A stretch of 64,000 nt of DNA, taken from positions 5,344,001 to 5,408,000 of the forward strand of contig OY762428.1 of NCBI GenBank assembly GCA_963665665.1, written 5' to 3'. The DNA comes from Candidatus Kapaibacterium sp. Its GTDB lineage: Bacteria > Bacteroidota > Ignavibacteria > Kapaibacteriales > UBA2268. Within the stretch, counting starts at the first letter, position 1; each line of letters starts with the position of its first letter. The notes below the pieces were generated by a model. That model saw only the letters and a program-made list of their open reading frames with translations, had not been told where the DNA came from and did not search any database. Position numbers and translations under genes: made by a program. Positions 1 through 8,409 of this stretch are shown here, one piece after another.

Positions 1-155
1 GGAATTGAATATATTTGACTTCAAATATTGATTCCATTCAATCAGCTTTGGCACTGCCACTCGCCTTGGTTCGATCTGATAGGTAATTTATCCAGGGATC
101 GGAGTGGTATCAAAATTAGTTTAACCATCACAATCTACAGGGTTTCTCATTATTC

Positions 156-446
156 CTACCCGCCAAACTCTCCGGTACCATTGGCACAGTGGCTGGTGTC
201 ACCCGATACGATTGTCCCGTTGTCACAGTCGGATTCACCGGCATTGCCCCCGTCGATACAGTTTTCGAGATAACCGGATCCATTAACGGGCGATACACCA
301 CTCTCACAAACGCCAACGCTTATGCCACTGCCATCAGTGCAAGAGGTTGAGGCTCCGGCAGAGGATCCATCCGTACACACCATTTCCACGTTTCCAGTTT
401 TTAGCCCCCTAAGTCTTGGTTTTTCGTACTTGAAACTCATTCCCAT
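156..446 (-). CDS. Cys-rich peptide with six CxxG motifs; putative RiPP (radical SAM/SPASM-type) precursor
   Basis: MGMSFKYEKPRLRGLKTGNVEMV leader followed by a Gly/Ser-rich core with CTDG, CTDG, CESG, CIDG, CDNG, CANG. AAGGGA lies upstream of the ATG at 446. YxxPxL resembles RRE/PqqD-binding leader motifs. Confidence 0.75.
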   Translation of the reverse strand: MGMSFKYEKPRLRGLKTGNVEMVCTDGSSAGASTSCTDGSGISVGVCESGVSPVNGSGYLENCIDGGNAGESDCDNGTIVSGDTSHCANGTGEFGG

Positions 447-823
447 AATCAATTTCCCTTTTAAAATTTATTTTTATTCTTGAGACTCAAATTCCATGAA
501 CGTAACGAATTGGAATTTGCAAGTCGAACAATCCCGACGAAGTCGGAGAGTTAATACACCGCAGCTTGCCACGGGATTTGTTCCCAAAGTTTACTTTGGG
601 GTTCATACACGTGATTAATTGAGATTTTGAAATCCACAGTATCATTTCCCAAACACATACATTCAGGATTTGAAGTCCATATTAAGGAAATGTCATCCAT
701 AATATATGAAAATTCCACAACTAAATCTAATGTTATGATTTTTCTCCTTCCCAAGTACAACTTGGGAAGGATGGAAATACTTCCTTCTCCGGCTCTTACC
801 CCCCATTCTTCCCCCTCAACATC

Positions 824-1007
824 TCATTCTGACGGAGCGAAGCGACGGAAGAATCCATCTTTGTTTGCCAGATAATGTGTGAAGAATGGATTCTTCGCTT
901 CGCTCAGTATGACAATCCATCCAGAGCATCGCAAAATTCAATAGCCACGTGCTTTAGCGCGTGGATAAAGGTGCAAGGTTCCAAAGCAAAGAAAGAAAAC
1001 CACCCCT
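824..1007. repeat. Composite REP-like palindrome unit, copy 1
   Basis: TCATTCTGACGGAGCGAAGCGACGGAAGAATCCAT...ATGGATTCTTCGCTTCGCTCAGTATGAC followed by TCAATAGCCACGTGCTTTAGCGCGTGGATAAAGGTGCAAGG. It recurs near 2185 and 2487. Confidence 0.75.
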
Positions 1008-1197
1008 GTATTCCCCTCCTACATTAGGAGGGGATAAGAAGTTAAATATCATAAGATTAACTCCCCCTCCTTCCGAAGGATGCGACCGGGGTGAGGTAGG
1101 AGGGGTCAGAAGCAAAGCACCAATGTTCGAACCCATTGCCTCCTTATTTTCCATCAAAGCCCTCTCCTTCGGGGAGGGTTTGGGAGGGGTCAGAGGT

Positions 1198-1680
1198 ATT
1201 GAGGTCTTGTTTGCACCTATTGCAGCAATGTTTTGCTTTATTGCTGCCTTGGTCGGAGTCATTGCCGCCTTGGTCGAAGTCATTGATGCCTTGGTCAGAG
1301 TCATTGCTGCCTTGTTCGAAGTTATTGCTGCCTTGGTTGAAGATAATGAACTCTTGGTTGAAGCTATTGCAGCAATGTTTTGCTTTATTGCTGCCTTGGT
1401 TGAAGATAATGCTGCCTTGTTCGAAGTTATTGATGCCTTGGTCGAAGTTATTGACCCCTTGGTCGAAGTCATTGATGCCTTGTTCGAATCCATTGCTGCC
1501 TTGGTCGAAGTTATTGACGCCTTGGTCGAAGTCATTGATGCCTTGGTCGAAGTTATTGACGTCTTGGTTGAAGATAATGAACTCTTGGTCGACACTATTG
1601 CAGCAATGTTTTGCTTTATTGCTGCCTTGTTCGAAGTTATTGCTGCCTTGGTCGAAGTCATTGAACTCTTGGTCGGAGGC
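1198..1680. repeat. Degenerate 21-bp tandem array (~23 units)
   Basis: Unit is approximately ATTGCTGCCTTGGTCGAAGTC. It gives heptad repeats in several frames (IAALVEV, ITSTKAA, NNFDQGI). Confidence 0.9.
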
Positions 1681-1688
1681 AAAGAACA

Positions 1689-1940
1689 TGTTCAGTAAGA
1701 TCAACCAAGTGTTCAGTAAGATCAACCAAGTGTTCAGTAAAGCCAACCAAGTGTTCAGTAAGGTCAACCAAGTGTTCAGTAAAGCCAACCAAGTGTTCAG
1801 TAAGGTCAACCAAGTGTTCAGTAAGATCAACCAAGTGTTCAGTAAGGTCAACCAAGTGTTCAGTAAGATCAACCAAGTGTTCAGTAAGATTAACCAAGTG
1901 TTCAGTAAGATCAACCAAGTGTTCAGTAAAGCCAACCAAG
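1689..1940. repeat. Near-perfect 21-bp tandem array (12 units)
   Basis: TGTTCAGTAAGATCAACCAAG x12, with variation mainly in the central AGAT/AAGC/AGGT positions. Confidence 0.95.
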
Positions 1941-2184
1941 CGTTCAATGAGGCCAAATTTCACTACATTAAGGCCAAACAGTAGTTCAATACCTCCGGCC
2001 AAGGCAGTATAAAGTCCTGCCAACAAAGTATTTAGCCCAAACATATGGATTCTGGTTCAAAACAGCGTTGAAATAAGGAAATTATCCGGTTCATTGAAAC
2101 CACAGGTTGGGGAATTAAGGCCGGCGGCCTGTTCATTTGGGTGGAAGAACGGGTAAACTGAGCAAAAGAATGAGGTGTTATGTT

Positions 2185-3142
2185 GTCATTCCCCGACACG
2201 TCGGGGCAGGCTTCCGGAGCTTGCGACCGAAGAATCCATCTTTGTTTGCAGATAGTGTGTGAAGAATGGATCCTTCGCTTCGCTCAGGATGACATGCAGT
2301 TTTACCATCGTCAAGTTCAATAGCCACGTGCTTTAGCTCGTGGATAAAGATGCAAGGTGCGAAGGCAAAGAAAAAGAAACCACCCCGTCTCGCTGCGCTC
2401 GCCACCCCTCAACGAGGGGAATTTTCCGGAAGTCCACCCCCGTCCTTTCCCGACTCGTCGGCGCCAGCGGAGGACAGGTAATGTTGTCATTCTGACGGAG
2501 CGAAGCGACGGAAGAATCCATCTTTCTTTGCAGATTAGGTATTAAGAATGGATTCTTCGCTGGCCCTCAGAATGACCTTCCAGCCTTATCATCGTCAAAT
2601 TCAATAGCCAGGTGCTTTAGCGGGTGGATAAATGTGCAAGGTGCGAAGGCAAAGAAAAAGAATCCACCCCGCCCTTCGGGCACCCCTCCACGAGGGGAAT
2701 TTTTATAAAACCAGCCATCCCGAAAGCGGCGTAGCCGCGACATTTTTGTAGAAAGACGAATCCGGAAAGGACAACAGCCCCGTAGGGGCGACATTGGCAA
2801 AAGATTGTGTCGCTCCTACGGAGCTTTTAATAATCGCAATGTAAACATTATCTACAAAAATTCCGCTCCTACGGAGCTTTTTATATAATTCCGATGCTCT
2901 TGCGACTGAAGAATCCATCTTCGTTTGCAGATAGTGTGTGAAGAATCCACCCCAGCCTGTCCCGACGTGTCGGGAACTCGCTGCGCTCGCCACCCCTCAA
3001 CGAGGGGAATTTTCCGGAAGTCCACCCTCGGCCTTTCCCGACTCGTCGGCGCCAGCGGTGGACAGGTGGCTTCTTCCAATTTTTAATTTTCAATTGTCCA
3101 TTGTCAATTAGGAATGGATTCTTCGCTGGCGCTCAGAATGAC
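2185..3142. repeat. Mosaic of REP-like palindromes (BIME-like), including copies 2 and 3 of the composite unit
   Basis: Recurrent GAAGAATCCATCTT...GAATGGATTCTTCGCT..GCTCAGAATGAC and TCAATAGCCA.GTGCTTTAGC..GTGGATAAA. An ~90-bp block is duplicated (about 2391-2479 and 2979-3068). Also GCTCCTACGGAGC x2, CCCCGTAGGGG and CCCGACACGTCGGG. Confidence 0.8.
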
Positions 3143-3274
3143 CGCTTTATACAGTTTTTACATATTTTCAAAGTTAAACTGAATGGTAACGAAGTTCTTC
3201 TATTACTTTTTCTTTATAAATTCGTTATATTATAAAAATTAATAGTCAAAAATTGCAAATAAACAGGTAAGACA

Positions 3275-5605
3275 ATGAAAAATACGCTATTAATATTTTG
3301 TATTATGTTCCTTTCTTTTGGAATAATTTATTCCGAAGAATCCATAATCCCGAACGCCGGGCAGTGGCCGGAAAAAATTCTTGCCAAAGCTTCTGCGGAT
3401 GGTATTAATGTATGGGTAACCGGGGAAGGGCTTGTATTTGATCATTATAATATTAAACCGGGGCTGAAAAGCCCCGGTAAATTTGAATCAAATGCTCTTG
3501 ATACTATAAACGGTTGCGCCTACATGTTGTCATTTTCATCAGGCGAACAGCTTAATAAAGTTATTAATTTGAATACCGATGCTGAGATGCCAACTGTTCA
3601 TAATTATTTCAATGATCATAAAAGCAATAAAGCAGTTTCGGTTAAATCTTATCGTGAAATAACTGTTGATTACCAGGGTTTTAGCCTGAAACTGACTGTT
3701 GATAACCACAAACCGAGATATGATATAATCCTTCCTCCCGGGTATAATCCTGATAATTTAAAAATTGAATTTAAAGGCAAGGGATGCCTTGATTATTCTG
3801 ATAATGGCAGCTTCAAAGTTGTTTCCGGAGAAGAAGAATATATGCACGGGGGGCTGAAAGCTTTTCAGAAATCAGGAGATAAATTGCAGTCTGTTGATTG
3901 TTCGCCTGTTATTACGGACAGCAAACACTTGATATTTAAACTCGGTAAATATGATGAAACAGAAGAATTGACAATCGATCCGACTGTTTTTTCAACTTTT
4001 CTTGGGGGTGAAAAGGGTGGATGTTCATCAATTTGTATTAACGAAGATAATAATCCTGTTTTATCCCTTTTACAAAATTCTAAAAATTACTTTCCTGATT
4101 CGTTAAAAAAATATTCTAAAATTGGTACTGGTTTTGACGGAATAATTTGCTGTTTCCAACGTGATGGGAAATATCCTATTTGGACAAGTCATTTCAATGA
4201 ATTAAATATACAAAAAGTATCATATTTAAACAATGATACTTACAAAATTCTTGGCTTTGCTTATGACAGTATGTACACGAGTGACTATGCATACTGTAAT
4301 AAGCCCGACTTTGATAATGGTGCACTGGTACATTATTCCTGTAATTTAAGTTTTGACGGAACAACAATTTCTAACGGAAGCTATTGGGAACTATTATCTA
4401 AAAACTTTTCCTTCGATAATATTAGAATTGATAAAAATGGAAATTGTTGTATCTCAATTAATTTTAACATAAATGATAGTTTATTGATCTTTAAAAATCC
4501 GATTAGAACAACTAAATTAGCAAAAAATGACTGTGCTTTGGTTATACTGGATTCCATTGATTCGGATATATTATTTTCTTCATATTGGGGTTATACAAAA
4601 TCAAAGAGTATTTCAACTATTGATTTAAATAATTCCTGTCTTGCAATGGTTGGCCCTCAGATCGATACAGTTTCAAATCTAACAAGATTCAGATATATAA
4701 GTTTTATTAATTATAAAACATTTGAAATAATTGATCACAAGGTATTGTCCGATTTTGAAGCTTCCGGTTATTGGGTAATTCTGCAGGACGATAAAGTAAC
4801 ACTATTTGGCACAACAGCCGATCCTAACTATCCGATAACAGAAAATGCTCATAAAGCAGATTATTGGTTTAATAATTTTTATATTACTGAGTTTAGTTTA
4901 AAAGATTGGAAAATTCTTAAATCAGGAACATTTAGAGGCGGAGTTTATGATTTGTCCAACGGATCATTTATCAGACTTAAGAATAATTCATATCTTATAT
5001 CTGGTAATTTACAAGGAGGTCGTCTTGAAACTACTCCTGATGCTCTTGTCCAATCAGATGCCCCAAGGGGTCAACATCATGGTTTTATAATGGTTGTTGA
5101 CAGTAATTTATCAGATATTCAATATTGTAGTTATTTTACAGGTAAAGAATTTACTAACCTATTAAATGAAACGGCTATCGACTCATTATCAAGAATCTAT
5201 GCTTGTGGCATTACTGACAGCCCTGATTTCCCACTCTATAATGCTTATGATTCGGCCTATTGGGCAAGAACTAGTTATTACGGCTGGTTTGCTGCTGTTG
5301 AAGTATCAGATGAAACAGCAATTAAAGAAAACAATTCGCTCTTAAACCGTTGTATATTATTTCCTAATCCAGCCCAGCCCGGCTCTTTGGTCACATTGAG
5401 CCTTGACGATGAATTTGCCGGTGAAACAAGAATTGAATTGATTGACATCAGCGGAAGAGTGATTCAAGAAGAAAAACTATCTCTTTTCGGAGCCATACGC
5501 CAGGATATTCAGTACCAATTACCAAGTGAATTGATTCCCGGTGCGTATTTTATCAGGGTAAGTTCCGGAGATAATATTATCGATTTTAAATTAGTTGTGG
5601 AGTGA
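3275..5605 (+). CDS. Secreted SBBP/beta-propeller-repeat protein with T9SS type A sorting domain
   Basis: Signal peptide; N-terminal NAGQW...YD...LTIDPTVFSTFLGG domain typical of SBBP-repeat proteins; GITDSPDFP repeat; C-terminal LFPNP...IDISGR...GAYFIRV. Confidence 0.85.
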   Translation: MKNTLLIFCIMFLSFGIIYSEESIIPNAGQWPEKILAKASADGINVWVTGEGLVFDHYNIKPGLKSPGKFESNALDTINGCAYMLSFSSGEQLNKVINLNTDAEMPTVHNYFNDHKSNKAVSVKSYREITVDYQGFSLKLTVDNHKPRYDIILPPGYNPDNLKIEFKGKGCLDYSDNGSFKVVSGEEEYMHGGLKAFQKSGDKLQSVDCSPVITDSKHLIFKLGKYDETEELTIDPTVFSTFLGGEKGGCSSICINEDNNPVLSLLQNSKNYFPDSLKKYSKIGTGFDGIICCFQRDGKYPIWTSHFNELNIQKVSYLNNDTYKILGFAYDSMYTSDYAYCNKPDFDNGALVHYSCNLSFDGTTISNGSYWELLSKNFSFDNIRIDKNGNCCISINFNINDSLLIFKNPIRTTKLAKNDCALVILDSIDSDILFSSYWGYTKSKSISTIDLNNSCLAMVGPQIDTVSNLTRFRYISFINYKTFEIIDHKVLSDFEASGYWVILQDDKVTLFGTTADPNYPITENAHKADYWFNNFYITEFSLKDWKILKSGTFRGGVYDLSNGSFIRLKNNSYLISGNLQGGRLETTPDALVQSDAPRGQHHGFIMVVDSNLSDIQYCSYFTGKEFTNLLNETAIDSLSRIYACGITDSPDFPLYNAYDSAYWARTSYYGWFAAVEVSDETAIKENNSLLNRCILFPNPAQPGSLVTLSLDDEFAGETRIELIDISGRVIQEEKLSLFGAIRQDIQYQLPSELIPGAYFIRVSSGDNIIDFKLVVE

Positions 5606-5616
5606 TATTTCACTAT

Positions 5617-5645
5617 TCATCCGATGACTTTAAGTCATCGGATGA
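5617..5645. repeat. Perfect palindrome (REP-like or bidirectional terminator) between convergent genes
   Basis: TCATCCGATGACTT-T-AAGTCATCGGATGA, 14-bp arms. Confidence 0.7.
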
Positions 5646-5659
5646 GTATTGTAAATCGA

Positions 5660-7576
5660 TCAGTTTTTTATGAACCCTTTCGATATACGTTGCTCAGGGC
5701 TATCCAAAATCAGAATATAAAATCCTGAAGTTAATTCAGCAATATTCAGTTTAAGTGATTTATTGTTATTTCCAATAAGATTTTCGAAATAAACTTTTTT
5801 TCCGTAAAGGTCAAGTATTTCAATCGAATTGTATTCCGATATACCCGGAATTTCAAGCGATACGAAATCAAAAGCAGGCTGAGGAAAAATTGTAAGATCA
5901 TTTCTTATTGGTTTGATATATTCTTCCATTCCTGTGATAAAATCATTTTTTTCTCCCGGAGTACCAAGATACTTTGATGCAGCCCAGCTTGCACCAACAT
6001 TATTATCCAAATCAGGAGCCAAAAGCGATGCACTGTGGCCTTGCCCGTCAGCAAGTTCAGGCCATGGTGTAATAGCAGAATAAATAACGGTATCGGTTGC
6101 TCTTCCATATTCATCGTATAAAAATACTGATGCCCCAACATCATTCAGGTTTAAATTATCTATCTCGATAAAATTTTTAACATCATGAAAATTACCTATT
6201 AGTTTGTTTTTATCCGAACATAATACTAAATATTCACCTGGTTCAATTTGATTGTTCCACGGAAGTAAATAGCTTTCGGAATCAATCTTTAGTTTCCAAT
6301 AACCAAATTCAATTGTTTGCTCGCTATTATTAAATATTTCAAGCCATTCGCCTGAATCCTGCCCATCAGGGGAATGATAATTGATTTCATTAATAACCGG
6401 AAGCATTATATCATAGCTATACGGATATGCCCCGATATCGGCTTGTGTTCCGTCCCGGTCCAAAGCAGTTGACGGATCGCCTGAATTAATACAAGGGGAA
6501 TCTTCGGTGAGATAAAAATTCAATCGCTCAGAATCAACAAAACCCGGAATTTCTTTAATATTGCTTTCACCGTCAATTATTTCCCGGTCGCTGCATGAGT
6601 AATTAACTTTCAATTCAGCCCCATCTGCCCGGTACAAATCCCCATTTGCTGCAGAACTGAAAATGGAATTGCTGATATCTACAGTTCCCTGGTCATAAAC
6701 AGCTACATTAAGAGTATTAGCGTAGAAAGTATTATTCCTTACGATAGCCGTGGTTACACCTTTTGCTGCAATACCAAAATTGCAATCCATTATCAGGTTG
6801 TTATAAATATAATGCTGCTGGCCCTCATTAAATTCATTTTTACCTAATGAAAGCCCCTTATCCGTACAATGAATTATCCGGTTGTTAAAAACAAGAAAGT
6901 TTTCACATTGGTTCAGGTCTATACCGTCATCAGTTGAATAATAAACCAGGTTACCGGAGACCTGACCTGTATCTGCCCATGAAAAATCCATTGCATCAGG
7001 GACAAAACGGAACTCGCAATTATGAACATAAGGTGTTGCGCCATGCATGGATACACCTTCGCTGGCACTTTTTACAGAACCAAGACTATCGTTTTCAAAT
7101 TTACATTTTTTTATAATTCCCATACCGTCGTCAAGCCATAGCATCGGTTTTTCACCTTCCTCCACCCTACTGTTGGTTATAGATATTCTTTCAAAATCCA
7201 GGTTTGAATTATAGGAATAAATCCTCCCGTCAAATATATCCAGGTTTCTAAACTTGTAATCTCTTTCCCCGATTAATCTTATTTCTCCCCAATTATTATC
7301 GCCATCAAAATTTTTAATTGTTACAGGCATTGCCCGTGTTCCTTCAATTTTCATATCGCCGTTAATAATAAAATTTGCAGAGTCCTTCATAAGAATTGTA
7401 ACACCAGGTTCAACATTTAAACTTGCATCGGATAGGACAGTAATCGTGGATTCAGCCAGAAATGGAGAATTATTAACAGACAGTGTCATATCATAATCAA
7501 TTTTTTCCGGCAGGATAGTCTGCGAAAGAAGTTCGGCAGTTGCTAAAAAGGCAATTAATACTATTAATTTTTTCAT
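5660..7576 (-). CDS. Secreted right-handed beta-helix + lamin-tail-domain protein with T9SS sorting domain
   Basis: Signal peptide MKKLIVLIAF; beta-helix repeats (DDGIDL, DKGLSLG, NNTFYAN); SPCINSGDP...DIGAY; VINEINY...GEWLEIFN...GTPGEKN (LTD); C-terminal IFPQPA...GFYIL. Confidence 0.85.
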   Translation of the reverse strand: MKKLIVLIAFLATAELLSQTILPEKIDYDMTLSVNNSPFLAESTITVLSDASLNVEPGVTILMKDSANFIINGDMKIEGTRAMPVTIKNFDGDNNWGEIRLIGERDYKFRNLDIFDGRIYSYNSNLDFERISITNSRVEEGEKPMLWLDDGMGIIKKCKFENDSLGSVKSASEGVSMHGATPYVHNCEFRFVPDAMDFSWADTGQVSGNLVYYSTDDGIDLNQCENFLVFNNRIIHCTDKGLSLGKNEFNEGQQHYIYNNLIMDCNFGIAAKGVTTAIVRNNTFYANTLNVAVYDQGTVDISNSIFSSAANGDLYRADGAELKVNYSCSDREIIDGESNIKEIPGFVDSERLNFYLTEDSPCINSGDPSTALDRDGTQADIGAYPYSYDIMLPVINEINYHSPDGQDSGEWLEIFNNSEQTIEFGYWKLKIDSESYLLPWNNQIEPGEYLVLCSDKNKLIGNFHDVKNFIEIDNLNLNDVGASVFLYDEYGRATDTVIYSAITPWPELADGQGHSASLLAPDLDNNVGASWAASKYLGTPGEKNDFITGMEEYIKPIRNDLTIFPQPAFDFVSLEIPGISEYNSIEILDLYGKKVYFENLIGNNNKSLKLNIAELTSGFYILILDSPEQRISKGFIKN

Positions 7577-7781
7577 AATCAGACTCAACCTAATGATAAT
7601 TTAAAATATTTTTTTCTTCAACTTATCCCATAACCAAACATTACTTCAGGGAAAATTTCTCTCGTATATAAACTAACTTAAAATTTAAATAATCCAATAA
7701 CAAGTTGGCTTGAATAATATCTTGTATTCAGATAATTAAATTTCTGCAATATTATCAGATGATAGAAAATGAAAATATATA

Positions 7782-8273
7782 TCAAAGCATTTTGATGGCC
7801 CGGCCCAGCAAACTTCCAAATAGCTCAGGGCTTGTTCGGTGGCCGAAATTCCCATCTAATATTCCGTAGTTCTGATATTCATGATCAATCAGGAATTTCC
7901 TTGTTTTTGCTGAATTGATTATTTCATCATTTTTGCCGATGACGATTATTTTCCTGGTATTTTTTCTTTCCCTAATCACAGGCACATCAATATTTCTGGA
8001 ATGCAAAGCAGGATTAAACAAAATTGCAGGAATATCAAAAAATTCTGACAGGTAAAAGGACATGTAACCCCCGAATGAAGATCCGATAAGAAGCTCATGC
8101 CCTCCTTCATCGATCATTCTGCTGAGATTCTCGAACAGGCTGATAGATTTTTCGGAAGCGCGGTAATTCACCTGAGGTGCCAGAACATCAAGCCCAAACT
8201 CTTCACGCATTATTTTATTCTTTTCAGGGCTGGGTTTTGCATCGAGCCCGTGAAGGTACAGAACAGGTTTCAT
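7782..8273 (-). CDS. YqiA/YcfP-type alpha/beta hydrolase (esterase)
   Basis: YLHG, nucleophile elbow GSSFGG, FNPAL, GxxDE and GH catalytic motifs; GGAG upstream of the ATG at 8273. Confidence 0.85.
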   Translation of the reverse strand: MKPVLYLHGLDAKPSPEKNKIMREEFGLDVLAPQVNYRASEKSISLFENLSRMIDEGGHELLIGSSFGGYMSFYLSEFFDIPAILFNPALHSRNIDVPVIRERKNTRKIIVIGKNDEIINSAKTRKFLIDHEYQNYGILDGNFGHRTSPELFGSLLGRAIKML

Positions 8274-8409
8274 AATCATCTCCAATTATACATTCTCAAA
8301 ATTAACAATATTATTGTATTAAAAATATCCAATTTTTGAAAAGAACTGTAACTATACAATTGATTGATGTGTAATACTACTAAATTCATTTTTCATTAGG
8401 GGAATTATA

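Noticed and set aside
1-37. Start of a downstream gene on the minus strand (MESIFEVKYIQF)
   Set aside because: Only 12 codons are visible with no clear RBS, so it is not listed as a feature.
1198-1940. CRISPR array
   Set aside because: The units are contiguous 21-mers with no unique spacers, and there are no cas genes in the window.
824-2670. The three composite units as a regularly spaced repeat-spacer array
   Set aside because: Spacing is irregular (about 1360 and 300 bp) and the intervening DNA is itself repetitive.
551-3093. Short ORFs at 551..875 and 2178..3093 as genes
   Set aside because: They translate REP-like palindromes (CHPERSEGS, PLRG, PLVEG-type peptides) and lack RBS or domain features.
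3078-3110. Short 7-bp periodic run (AATTTTC/AATTGTC/CATTGTC)
   Set aside because: Degenerate, intergenic and too short to support a function.
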